From positions 1 through 64,000 of IMG/VR virus record IMGVR_UViG_3300045450_000252: 64,000 nucleotides of DNA. One strand, given 5' to 3'. Positions within the stretch are counted from its first letter, which is position 1. Each line of letters opens with the position of its first letter. The notes under the pieces were generated by a model. The model had not been told where the DNA came from, did no database searches, and worked only from the letters and a program-made list of their open reading frames with translations. Below, one piece after another: positions 34,272 to 43,428 of this stretch. This DNA is from a virus. Lineage: Duplodnaviria; Caudoviricetes. Both the position numbers and the translations under genes were made by a program.

Positions 34272-35610
34272 GCCGGCGGGCTGTCTGCTCGTGGGAGGCC
34301 AGCAGCTCCTCCTCGTTTATGCCCAGGTACTCGTTGAACTGGGCCTCGGTCTGGTGGCCGGTGGCCAGCATCACGAGCGACTTGGGCACGCCCTGGTAGA
34401 CCTTGAGCGTAGCGTAGGTCTTGCGCCCGATGTGCATGCCGAGCTTGAGGCGGGTGAGGCCGGCCAGGTGCCCGAGGTGGGGCAGGTAGCGCCAGGGGTC
34501 GCGCACGAAGGGCAGGCAGGTGGCCAGCTGCAGGGGGGCGTACTTGGTGAGTAGGGCCACGGGCTGAAACACATCGTCGTCCAGGTAGGGGATGAGGCCG
34601 GTGATGGTGGTTTTGTTGAGCAGCTTCTTGATGAGGCGCTGCTCGGGGAAGACGTGCTGCCAGCCCAGCTCCTGGGCGTCGCCGTGCCGAAGACTTGTGT
34701 AGGCGCAGAGCAGGAACACGTCGCGGGTCCACTCGCAGCGCTGCACGTGGGCGGCCGTGCTGAGCACGCCGCGCCCGCCCCGGCCCTGGCGGGGTGGGGG
34801 CTCGGGGAAGGCGGTGGCCAGGTAGGCCAGCACGTCGGGGGCGGTGAAGTCGAGGGCGGCCACGCGCAGCAGTTCGGCCTGGGTGAGGGCATCGACGCCC
34901 ACGTAGCTGGGGGCCAGGCGCAGGGTCTTGCGAAACTTGGGCGGCACGGGCAAGTCCTGGCCCTCGGCCCAGAACAGGAAGGAGCGCAGGCGCTTGACGT
35001 AGGTGTTGAAGGTGCGCGGGCTACGGCCGGCCACGCCGAGCATGTAGTTGCGCAGGTGGTCGTAGAAGCTTTTGTTGAGGGTCTCGAAGGAGACGGTAAG
35101 CTTGTAGTGGGCGGCCATCGCGGCCAGCTCGCGGCCCACGGCCTGGTGGGTCCAGATGGTGTCGGGGGCGAGCAGGCGGCCGGTGCGCACCGAGACCTTC
35201 TGCTTTTCTTCCTCGACCCAGCGGTCGTAATGGGCAAAGAAGCCCAGTGGGGCCGGGGCCGGTGGGGGCGGCAAGGGCACGCGGCCGGCGCGCTTGTCGA
35301 GCAGGGCTTGGTAGCGGCGCTCGAGCTCCCCGCGCAGGCCGTCCTTAGTCAGGGGCTGGCCCAGGCGCTCGGTTTCGTGGTGCAGGGCCTGGGCCAGGTC
35401 GGTGTAGTCGTCGAGCACCTGGTTGATGTCGTCGGCGTAGGTGTCGGGCTTGTTCTTAACCCGGTTGCGGCGGGCGTCCCAGTCCTTGGGGTGGCACTTC
35501 TGGCCCGTGCCCAGGCGCAGGCGCTGGCTGGCCCAGCAAAAGGTGAGCTGGATGCGGCAGAGGCCCGTTTTGCCGGCTCGCTCCGTGAGGAGTTGGCGAG
35601 TAACTTCCAT
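34195..35610 (-). CDS. int: Tyrosine integrase
   Basis: N-terminal arm-binding domain; SLRHGD (R), HIGRKT (HxxR), GHQ (H), EYL (Y). Confidence 0.93.
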   Translation of the reverse strand: MEVTRQLLTERAGKTGLCRIQLTFCWASQRLRLGTGQKCHPKDWDARRNRVKNKPDTYADDINQVLDDYTDLAQALHHETERLGQPLTKDGLRGELERRYQALLDKRAGRVPLPPPPAPAPLGFFAHYDRWVEEEKQKVSVRTGRLLAPDTIWTHQAVGRELAAMAAHYKLTVSFETLNKSFYDHLRNYMLGVAGRSPRTFNTYVKRLRSFLFWAEGQDLPVPPKFRKTLRLAPSYVGVDALTQAELLRVAALDFTAPDVLAYLATAFPEPPPRQGRGGRGVLSTAAHVQRCEWTRDVFLLCAYTSLRHGDAQELGWQHVFPEQRLIKKLLNKTTITGLIPYLDDDVFQPVALLTKYAPLQLATCLPFVRDPWRYLPHLGHLAGLTRLKLGMHIGRKTYATLKVYQGVPKSLVMLATGHQTEAQFNEYLGINEEELLASHEQTARRLPPLEKRVAEKGGKPTFKLPKSDAA

Positions 35611-35702
35611 AGAGCGGCAAGGTAGGAAGGCGGCTGGGAATAGAATTATTTCCCGTTATCACGCAGAACTAGGGCATCTTTATCCTGATGCTCACTCTAA
35701 TC

Positions 35703-36101
35703 TTACTGTGGTTTTCCGAAGTCTACCGTTGTTGCGTGGCTCGGAGACGTTGGTGCTTTCTCTAGACCTGTCCAGCATATTCTTCCATTATTCATTTCAG
35801 CTACTAAAACGGCACCGTAGAGGGTAGAAAAGGGATGTGTTTTCTTGACGGCAGCTACTACAGCTTCAATAGAGGCCTTAGCTAATGCCCGCACATGGTC
35901 AACTGTAAAATTGCCTTCTGTCTTTAAGGTAAAGGATTCATACATAGCATCAGGCAGAAGGTATACGACTTTGTCATCACCCCTAATTTCTTTATAAAAG
36001 TCTCTATTAGCTAACTCACTATGTAAATCGTTGTAGAGATTGCGATTGTTTTCTTTGGGGAGGTTGTGCAATTGCACTCGAGTAAGGAAATAACGTTTCA
36101 T
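35703..36101 (-). CDS. DUF2622/GhoS-like (Cas2-like fold) protein
   Basis: TRVQLH...Y..LH..L....F...I.GDD...Y.LP.A.Y and AVLV.E..GR..W.GL patterns recalled for this family; low GC. Confidence 0.6.
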   Translation of the reverse strand: MKRYFLTRVQLHNLPKENNRNLYNDLHSELANRDFYKEIRGDDKVVYLLPDAMYESFTLKTEGNFTVDHVRALAKASIEAVVAAVKKTHPFSTLYGAVLVAEMNNGRICWTGLEKAPTSPSHATTVDFGKPQ

Positions 36102-36132
36102 TAAATCAAAAAGTAGACTGGTTATGAATATT

Positions 36133-36309
36133 TTAAGCCTCTATCTGCATCCATACCTCACTGAAGTCTAACGGCTTAATCGAGACCGAACAGCAGGTGA
36201 TACCCCAGCATGTGGCTGAGTTGTAGTACTTCACAGTGTTGCTGTTGGCGCAATAGTAAACTAGCTTCTTGCCGACAGTGGGTGCGGCGTCGATAGGGTA
36301 TGCAGGTGA
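36133..36309 (-). pseudogene. Decayed fragment of a small Cys-rich secreted protein gene
   Basis: KLVYYCANSNTVKYYNSATCWGITCCSVSIKPL; no start codon. Confidence 0.4.
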
Positions 36310-36318
36310 TAACTAACC

Positions 36319-37404
36319 TTAGCTAGCCACCGGTACTGCCTTGCGGGCCTCAATCTGCCCCACAGTCGCGGCCAATTGGTCGCTGAACTTGTAGAGGTCG
36401 TCGAGGCCGTTGATTTCGGTTTTCACGTCCTTCTTGCTTTCGTCGAAGAAGGAGATGTAGTGCTTCGAGCCGTTGAGCCAGAGGCGGCACACAATCTTGT
36501 TCTTGTTGTCGTCGAGCAGGATGTTGAGGTAGCTTGTGGTGTCGCGGTGGGTGATGCGCTTGGCATCCACCACGGGGCGCAGGATGGTTTTGACGATGAG
36601 GAAGGCTTCCTTTTCCAGCTCCGTGAACTCGGTGCCGCCCTTAGGCGCGTCGGTAGTGGCGGCGGGCTCTTCCTCCAGTATCTGGGCGACTTCCTCCTTG
36701 GCCAGGGCCGACTTGAGGCGGTCGTTGATGATGTCGTTGAGCAGCTGGGCGGCCGACTTCTTCACCAGCGGGTTGAACTGCTCCATCACTTTCTCGGTGA
36801 GCTTGCCGGGGGCCACCTGCTTGGCGAAGTAGCGCACAAACTCGATGCTGGGGTCGCGCAGCTCCTCGGCCAGCAGCTTCTTGATTTCGCGGGTGTACTT
36901 GAGCTCCGAGGCGGTGCTCAGAATCTGGCTCACGTCGAAGCCGGTTTTGTGGAATTTCTTCAGCTCGAAGACGTTGGCCTCGTTGAGGTCGGAGATGTTG
37001 ATTTCCCAGAAGGGCTTGTCATCCATCTTGTTGGGCTCCACCAGGTCGGTGTAGAAGCGGTAGATGATGCCGTTGGTGAGGATGCCGAAGCGGGTGGTGG
37101 TGACGTGGAAGTAGCGGTGCAGCTGGGAGTTGTGCACGTCGAGGCTCTCTTTCCAGTGCTTACACTCCACGATGATAATGGGCTGGCCATCCTTCTGGAT
37201 GCAGTAGTCTACCTTCTCACCCTTCTTGATGCCGAGGTCGGCCACAAATTCGGGGATGACCTCGAAGGGGTTGAAGACGTCGTAGCCCAGGGCGGCGATG
37301 AAGGGCATGACGAAGGCATTCTTGGTGGCTTCCTCCGTGAGAATGCTGTCTTTGAGGCGACTTACTTTCTCGCCCAGGGCTTTAATGACGTCAATGAAGT
37401 CCAT
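36319..37404 (-). CDS. HsdR N-terminal-like (PD-(D/E)xK) nuclease, COG4748-like
   Basis: TEEATKNAFVMPFI, EKVDY, IVECK, QLHRYF, ILTNG. Confidence 0.85.
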   Translation of the reverse strand: MDFIDVIKALGEKVSRLKDSILTEEATKNAFVMPFIAALGYDVFNPFEVIPEFVADLGIKKGEKVDYCIQKDGQPIIIVECKHWKESLDVHNSQLHRYFHVTTTRFGILTNGIIYRFYTDLVEPNKMDDKPFWEINISDLNEANVFELKKFHKTGFDVSQILSTASELKYTREIKKLLAEELRDPSIEFVRYFAKQVAPGKLTEKVMEQFNPLVKKSAAQLLNDIINDRLKSALAKEEVAQILEEEPAATTDAPKGGTEFTELEKEAFLIVKTILRPVVDAKRITHRDTTSYLNILLDDNKNKIVCRLWLNGSKHYISFFDESKKDVKTEINGLDDLYKFSDQLAATVGQIEARKAVPVAS

Positions 37405-37632
37405 GCAGGTAAAACGGGTAAGAGTTTTTGAATAGTAGATATGACTTTTAGGTATTGATAGTCAGACGACACCAATAGGCAAAAGTCAGCTAAATACTAC
37501 CTTTTCCTTCCACGTATAAATACCTGTTTTTTAGAAATAAAATATTTGTAGGCCGGATGTGTAAGAAAGCTAGGGATTGTACAGTACGACTGCTAGTATT
37601 GCGAAGCAAACAATCCCACTCAAAGTAAATTA

Positions 37633-40344
37633 ATGGCAACTTCTCCGCACCAAACTGTCACCAAACCTAAAGGGCTTACTGGTAGGTCGCTGGCTGTAGA
37701 TAGTAAAGAACTAATAAAATCTTTAGGTAAAGGTATAGTACATCTTGCTCAGAATAAATGGGAAGAGGTTGCTATTGACGCGGTGGATGCCGTAACGGCT
37801 CTAGGCATCAGTAACGAACCATCAGCGCTAGGATACATTCTCATTCGCCGTGCTGCTACTGCCGCAATGTTTGAGATTGTGGGTGAAACGGTCAAGTCCA
37901 GCTTTTTTGGTGCTAAGCCCTACGAGTCTACTGTTGAGGACGCGCTCGATTATTCTATCACAGAGCATGACATTCCGATAAACAAGGCCTTTTTTGAGCG
38001 ACCTCTTGACTTAGAAGTGGTTCAAAGTTTACAAGAGTTATTAGGTAGATGGCTGTCGCTACTAGGAGTGGCATCACATATGGTGGAAACTGTACTGAAA
38101 CGGTTTCCTTCCTATTTTTTATACTCCTTAAATGAAGAATGGAGAATGCGTGGTAAAATGTATGAGCCACTTTTGGCTAGTACTGAGACTCCATTTAATG
38201 ATGCTACCGAGCGTCAGTGGGCATGGCGTTCATATTCTTCATTGCTTCAGTTCCGAATAGAAGAGAGCATCTTTGAAGAAGCCTTTAGTTTAAATCAAGT
38301 ATATGTACCTCTCCGGGCTTATTACGAGACTTCCGCAAAAGGAGAATACGAAGACCTTGACAAACGTAGGAAGACAAAGAATATTGTTGACCTAGAAGCT
38401 GAATTAATAAGTTGGTTAGGTGCAGCAAAGAAGGAAGACGCCATTCGTATAATCAGCGGAGGGCCAGGTAGTGGTAAGTCATCCTTCACTAAAGTATTTG
38501 CGGCACATATAGCTAATTCACAAGCCTTGAAGGTTTTATTTATACCGCTTCATCTAATTGACCCAACAAGAGATTTAATAGATGAGGTTGGGCGTTTTGT
38601 ATTAGCAGAAGGTGTTCTTACGGCCAACCCACTGAGCCTAGAAAATGGGGAGTCAGACTTGCTTATCATCTTTGATGGACTCGACGAACTCGCGAGTCAA
38701 GGTAAGGCAGCGGTTGAAACAGCTCGCTCGTTTGTTCGGGAAGTAGAACTAACGTTGGGTAAGCGTAACAGCAACTCTTTAAAACTGCGCGTTATTATTA
38801 GCGGTCGAGAAATAGTAGTACAGGATAATGAAGCAGAGTTCAGCCGGCGCCCTCACCAACTACTCACATTACTGCCCTATTTTTTAGAAAAGGACTCTTT
38901 AGGTGGTCCCATCTCAGACCCTAAAAAATTGCTGCCAGTAGACCAGCGGCGGGAATGGTGGTCTCAATATGGTCGTCTGACGGGGCAAGAGTATAAAGGT
39001 TTGCCTAAGCACTTAGACCGAGAAGACCTATTAGAAATCACGTCACAGCCTCTACTCAACTATTTGGTGGCTTTGAGCTATACTCGCAAGCACTTAGATT
39101 TTAGTAAGGATGTTAATATCAATCAGGTGTATGGTGATTTAGTGAGTGCCGTGCACGAACGGGCTTATGAAAAGAAGCGTCCATACGTGCAAATCCGCAA
39201 TATGACTCTGGATAACTTCGAACGTATCCTTGAAGAAGTAGGGTTGGCATCTTGGCACGGGGATGGACGCACTACTACGGTACGAGAGATTGAGCAACAT
39301 TGTACGAGTAGTGGATTGGGTACCTTACTCGAAAAGTTTGAAGAGGGGGCAAAAGCAGGTGTTACCCGCTTGCTGGCCGCTTTTTTCTTCCGGCAGTATG
39401 GTCGGCGTAGTGCTAGTGGTGATGCAACATTCGTTTTTACTCACAAGAGCTTTGGGGAATATCTAACCGCCAGACGGATTGTGCGGGCTATGATGCGAAT
39501 GACAACGGAAAGAAAAGCACGAACCGATAGCCACGATGCTGGCTGGGATGAGCGGCAAGCGCTGCACCACTGGGTTCAGATAGCAGGGTCAAGTGCTATG
39601 ACCCCTTATCTGGTCAACTTTGTACGTAACGAGCTAGCCCTACGAGGGAAAGAACTGGTACGCAGAGTCCAACTCTGCTTTGCAGAATTGTTCGGTTCAG
39701 TGTTGCGTAATGGATTACCTATGGAAATGCTAGCACCTCGTACCTCGTTTAGGGAAGAATCTTATATGGCAAGAAACGCAGAGGAGTCTTTACTAGTCTG
39801 CATGTCAGCTTGTGCCCGAGTAACGCGTAAAATAAGTCCTATTATTCAGCATGAACTTACATCGTTTGGGACATGGTTTAAGAGGGTCCAAGGGCAACGA
39901 AAAGGGCATGATTCTATTTTGGCAGCAGCCCACTTGGATTACTTAGACTTAAAAAATAGTATCTTCTTTATGGCTGATTTTTATGGGTGTAACCTATCTT
40001 ATTCAAACCTTACGAATGCCAAGTTAACTTATGCAAACTTTGGCCATGCTAGACTGATAGAATCAAATTTGTCAGGCGTATTTGCTCATGAGACTGCTTT
40101 TCATTGGGTAGCCTTTAGGAATACTAATTTAAATAGAGCAAAGCTTGAAGGTGCTAGTTTTAGGGGTTCAGTAATGCGTGCAGTAAAACTAGACAAAACT
40201 TTATTTAGCAGCAGGCAAGCTTTGGCCCAAATTCACACAGAGGAAACCAATACTGATACGGCTAAATTTGCTGACGAAGAAGAGGCCGCGCGTATTGATA
40301 AACAAAGGGGGAGTGCTAAGCAGAAGGATGACGAAACTAATTAG
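37633..40344 (+). CDS. NACHT NTPase with C-terminal pentapeptide repeats
   Basis: Walker A GGPGSGKS, Walker B IIFDGLDE, PLL, F.HKSFGEYL; A(D/N)LxxxxL repeats; low GC. Confidence 0.88.
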   Translation: MATSPHQTVTKPKGLTGRSLAVDSKELIKSLGKGIVHLAQNKWEEVAIDAVDAVTALGISNEPSALGYILIRRAATAAMFEIVGETVKSSFFGAKPYESTVEDALDYSITEHDIPINKAFFERPLDLEVVQSLQELLGRWLSLLGVASHMVETVLKRFPSYFLYSLNEEWRMRGKMYEPLLASTETPFNDATERQWAWRSYSSLLQFRIEESIFEEAFSLNQVYVPLRAYYETSAKGEYEDLDKRRKTKNIVDLEAELISWLGAAKKEDAIRIISGGPGSGKSSFTKVFAAHIANSQALKVLFIPLHLIDPTRDLIDEVGRFVLAEGVLTANPLSLENGESDLLIIFDGLDELASQGKAAVETARSFVREVELTLGKRNSNSLKLRVIISGREIVVQDNEAEFSRRPHQLLTLLPYFLEKDSLGGPISDPKKLLPVDQRREWWSQYGRLTGQEYKGLPKHLDREDLLEITSQPLLNYLVALSYTRKHLDFSKDVNINQVYGDLVSAVHERAYEKKRPYVQIRNMTLDNFERILEEVGLASWHGDGRTTTVREIEQHCTSSGLGTLLEKFEEGAKAGVTRLLAAFFFRQYGRRSASGDATFVFTHKSFGEYLTARRIVRAMMRMTTERKARTDSHDAGWDERQALHHWVQIAGSSAMTPYLVNFVRNELALRGKELVRRVQLCFAELFGSVLRNGLPMEMLAPRTSFREESYMARNAEESLLVCMSACARVTRKISPIIQHELTSFGTWFKRVQGQRKGHDSILAAAHLDYLDLKNSIFFMADFYGCNLSYSNLTNAKLTYANFGHARLIESNLSGVFAHETAFHWVAFRNTNLNRAKLEGASFRGSVMRAVKLDKTLFSSRQALAQIHTEETNTDTAKFADEEEAARIDKQRGSAKQKDDETN

Positions 40345-40434
40345 GCCGATTATAGCTAGTCCGTAGCAGGTTAAGCATATCGTCTTTACTGGAAATAGTA
40401 ATATTCTTACTGGCTAACAAGATACCTTTCGAGG

Positions 40435-40461
40435 CGAGCTGCTCTTTGAGCAGCTCGTTTT
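40435..40461. terminator. Hairpin between convergent genes
   Basis: CGAGCTGCTC-TTT-GAGCAGCTCG-TTTT. Confidence 0.65.
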
Positions 40462-40514
40462 CGTTCTTATAGGTGCCGCGTTTCTTCACGCAATCGGAAC
40501 GCGTGTATCTGTTC

Positions 40515-40853
40515 TTATAGTTTTTTAGTAGGTGTCAGCCCTCGAGTTAATACATAGCCTTGCCGATACCGCTTCTTTCCAAAGCGCACTATTGTCCAAC
40601 CATCCTTCGTGTAGTTGGTAACTGCAACTGTATCGTGCTCGTGTAGATTACCAATTATCTCGGATGCGTCATTAGGCCTCTCCCAGATGGGGAACTCGCG
40701 AAATATCACCCTAGCGGTTCCAACTATCGGCCTCAAGTCTGGGTCAGGCTCGAGCACTGCCGCCTCAGGCTTTGAGGGCGTGTGACCAGCAAGTACTATC
40801 AAGTAGACTCCTACTGCAGCGAGTATCCAAATCCATTTGCGTGAGAGGCGCAT
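40515..40853 (-). CDS. Membrane-anchored SH3b-like protein
   Basis: N-terminal TM; IWERPND.SEIIG.L.....V.V......GW..V....GYV pattern. Confidence 0.7.
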   Translation of the reverse strand: MRLSRKWIWILAAVGVYLIVLAGHTPSKPEAAVLEPDPDLRPIVGTARVIFREFPIWERPNDASEIIGNLHEHDTVAVTNYTKDGWTIVRFGKKRYRQGYVLTRGLTPTKKL

Positions 40854-40871
40854 AGAAGGGGGTAATGGTAA

Positions 40872-41345
40872 TTAGTTGGGGCGATTAAAGGCAGCTTTGA
40901 GTAGCTCAATCGTCTCCTCCTTCGAGGCAATCAACGCATCCTTTGTCGCGAGCTGAGCCCTGAGATGCTCAACTTCCTTCTGAAGGTCGGAGGTCATGCG
41001 CTTCGTCTGCTCTAACTCTTGTTGGCAGGCTTCAAGGGTTATGACTTGGTTACCGGTGCCACTATTTACGGCACCGCCGGAGACTTTTTTTATGCGGGTA
41101 GTCGTGGTATTGGTTACTGGTGGCATTGCGCCTGTTAGCGGCTCACCATTTCCAGTAATCAGCCAGGTTAGATTGACGTTGGTGAAATGTGATGCTATCC
41201 GTTCAAGATAATCAGTGCTAGGCTTGGTGCCCTTATCTAAGTAATTGCGAGTGGTACTTTCTGAAACCTCAATGGTTTGGCTAAACGCACGCGCACTAAT
41301 ATCTAAGGCGCTTATCAAAATTTTAAGCCTCTCGTTAATAGACAC
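40872..41345 (-). CDS. CI-like XRE repressor with C-terminal coiled coil
   Basis: INERLK...FSQTIEVSESTTRNY...KPS...VNLTWLITGNG; divergent from Cro-like gene. Confidence 0.85.
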   Translation of the reverse strand: MSINERLKILISALDISARAFSQTIEVSESTTRNYLDKGTKPSTDYLERIASHFTNVNLTWLITGNGEPLTGAMPPVTNTTTTRIKKVSGGAVNSGTGNQVITLEACQQELEQTKRMTSDLQKEVEHLRAQLATKDALIASKEETIELLKAAFNRPN

Positions 41346-41415
41346 TTGTCAGATATGATTGATTAATTTCAGCCTTTTTTGGTCTGAAATGATTGACTAC
41401 ATTAGACTGACAGCG

Positions 41416-41423
41416 TATGTTTG
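41416..41423 (+). promoter_or_regulatory. -7 element of the rightward early promoter
   Basis: TATGTTTG matches TAnnTTTG in the repressor/Cro intergenic region. Confidence 0.6.
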
Positions 41424-41489
41424 TGGCATGTACAGTACTGAGCGAGTGCAAGAAAGCACCCGCCGGGCGAACTGTGTCAAACATGAGCT

Positions 41490-41732
41490 ATGACTGAGCG
41501 CCAGAAGTACCTGCGGTTGCTGTCCATCGTCATCGAGGACTTGCCCACCAGCGCCATCGACGCGCTCATTCGAAAGGACTACGAGGCCTCGGCCTCCATG
41601 CTCAACAACGTGCGCATTGGCCGCTCGCACAACCTGGCGCACCTCGTGGCCCTGGTGCGGGTGGGCCTGCCCAAGTTCGCGATTCCGGCCGAGCTGCTGC
41701 CGGCCCCGGCACCTGCCCCCCTGCTGGCGTGA
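41490..41732 (+). CDS. Cro-like early regulator
   Basis: First gene divergent from repressor; homolog at 653..919. Confidence 0.7.
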   Translation: MTERQKYLRLLSIVIEDLPTSAIDALIRKDYEASASMLNNVRIGRSHNLAHLVALVRVGLPKFAIPAELLPAPAPAPLLA

Positions 41733-42109
41733 TGGAAGCCCGGGCACTCTACCACACCGCCGCCCCGCAGGGGCCGCGCAACCTGGCCGCGCCGCTGGCC
41801 GCCTGGCTGCGCCAGCAAGGCTTCACGGCCACCGAGCAACTGCGCGACACCCTGGCCACGGTAGCCGCGCACTGGGTGGCAGTGGGAGGGGAGCGCTTCG
41901 AGCTCAGCTACACCTGGGCGCTCGGCCCCGCGCCCGACGCCACCTGCACGCTGCGCGTGCTCTACCCCAGCTCCGTGTGGGTCGAAACGCTCTTCACGGC
42001 CCAGCGCGTGCGCCGCCTCAAGGAAGTGCGCCTGCTGCTACTCGGCAATGTGCGCTACCACAACGCCCGGCTGCTGGCCCGGCCCGCTACTACCCCCGCT
42101 ACTCCCTGA
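41732..42109 (+). CDS. Phage hypothetical protein
   Basis: Coupled to upstream stop; weak homolog of 1..456. Confidence 0.7.
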   Translation: MEARALYHTAAPQGPRNLAAPLAAWLRQQGFTATEQLRDTLATVAAHWVAVGGERFELSYTWALGPAPDATCTLRVLYPSSVWVETLFTAQRVRRLKEVRLLLLGNVRYHNARLLARPATTPATP

Positions 42110-42135
42110 TTCTTTCACCTAACCTCTTCGCTACC

Positions 42136-42390
42136 ATGCACCGAAATAATACCCCCGACGACCCACCGCGCCTGCCCTGCATGCGCGACATGCACGAGCT
42201 AGTGCATGTCGTGCTCACCGAGCCGCTGCTGATGCTCTCGCCGCTGGAGGAGCTGGCGCGCCGCCTGCACGAGGTCACGGCCCAGCACCCGCGCTTTCGG
42301 GAGGAAGCGCCCCTGGTGCTGGCCGGCGAAACCGCCCGGCGGCGGCGCTACAGCGGGGAACTGGCCGTGAGCCACGCCGAAGTCGCCTAA
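42136..42390 (+). CDS. Conserved phage hypothetical protein
   Basis: Homolog at 963..1223; start ATG 42136. Confidence 0.85.
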   Translation: MHRNNTPDDPPRLPCMRDMHELVHVVLTEPLLMLSPLEELARRLHEVTAQHPRFREEAPLVLAGETARRRRYSGELAVSHAEVA

Positions 42391-42425
42391 GCTATTCTTT
42401 TTCTACCCCTTCCACCTCTTTTGCC

Positions 42426-42650
42426 ATGCCCGAATCCCGCGCCGACCACCTGCACTGGGCCAAGACCCGCGCCCTCGAATACGTCGAAGCCGGCGACCTC
42501 GCCGGCGCGTGCGCCTCCTTCCTCTCCGACCTGGGCAAGCACCCGCAGATTGACCCCAGCGCCGCCCAACTGGTGTACGGCATCGAGGCGATGACCGGGG
42601 GGCTGAATACGCCCCAGAAGGTGCGTCACTTTATCGAGGGTACTCACTAG
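42426..42650 (+). CDS. P2-specific small early protein
   Basis: 74 aa, HL.WAK.RALEY; no P1 counterpart at the syntenic position. Confidence 0.75.
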   Translation: MPESRADHLHWAKTRALEYVEAGDLAGACASFLSDLGKHPQIDPSAAQLVYGIEAMTGGLNTPQKVRHFIEGTH

Positions 42651-42656
42651 CCGCCC

Positions 42657-42953
42657 ATGCGCCCGCCTTTTCCCAAGCTCTCGCTCACCGACGCGGCCAC
42701 CGGCCGGCGCGTGCGGGTGGATGCCTTCCAGCCCGGCGACGCGCTGGTGCAGCCCATCCTGGGCTACTGCTACACGGCCGAAAATAACTGGACCGTGTAC
42801 GTGGCCGGCCCCATGCCCCCGCACCTGCGCTCGGCCGTGGAGCAGGGCCACACCGACTGCGAAGTGCTGCTGGTGGCCGAGCTGCCGGCCGGCATCCAGG
42901 AAATTACCCTGCCCGACCACCGCCGCGAGTACTGCCTGCGCAAAGCTGCCTGA
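42657..42953 (+). CDS. Conserved phage hypothetical protein
   Basis: Homolog at 1287..1586. Confidence 0.85.
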   Translation: MRPPFPKLSLTDAATGRRVRVDAFQPGDALVQPILGYCYTAENNWTVYVAGPMPPHLRSAVEQGHTDCEVLLVAELPAGIQEITLPDHRREYCLRKAA

Positions 42954-42977
42954 TTCACCGCTTTTCCCCGCCCCGCC

Positions 42978-43397
42978 ATGACTGCCAACGACCTGGCCAC
43001 CGCCGGCTTTATCGATACCTGGATGCGCGCCCTCGTGGCCCTGGTGACCTCGCACGTAGCCGGCGCGGCCCCCCCGGCGGCGGGCCAGGCCGAGGTCGTG
43101 CTCTACAGCGTGCAGAAGCTGGCCCAGGTGCTCGACGTGGACCCAAGCACCGTGCGCGCCTGGCTCAAGAAGGGCAAGCGCGGCAAGGCCGGCGGGGTGG
43201 TGAGGCTGCAAGCCTACCAGTTTACGAGCGAGCCGCGCATTCCCTGGCCCGCGCTGCTGGCCTACCACCGGGGCGAAGACTTCGACCTCGACACGCTGCC
43301 CGCGCCGCTGCTGCTGCCCCCGGCCGAGCTAGTGCCGGCCGCCTTTCCCAAGCTTACTACGCCCACGGTGCCCCCGCCGATGCGGGTGGCTTCCTAG
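42978..43397 (+). CDS. Excisionase-like winged HTH protein
   Basis: LYSVQKLAQVLDVDPSTVRAWLKKG; homolog at 1599..2003. Confidence 0.75.
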   Translation: MTANDLATAGFIDTWMRALVALVTSHVAGAAPPAAGQAEVVLYSVQKLAQVLDVDPSTVRAWLKKGKRGKAGGVVRLQAYQFTSEPRIPWPALLAYHRGEDFDLDTLPAPLLLPPAELVPAAFPKLTTPTVPPPMRVAS

Positions 43398-43428
43398 CCG
43401 GGCGCTCACCTGCTTTTTCCCTTTTCCC

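Noticed and set aside
35703-36309. Complete GhoST type V toxin-antitoxin pair
   Set aside because: No small hydrophobic toxin ORF found next to the GhoS-like gene
36319-37404. Type I restriction-modification system
   Set aside because: No hsdM or hsdS, and no helicase motor domain
41346-41415. Defined repressor operators (ATGATTGA x2; TGTCAG/CTGACA)
   Set aside because: Repeats are short and I could not resolve a consistent dyad by eye
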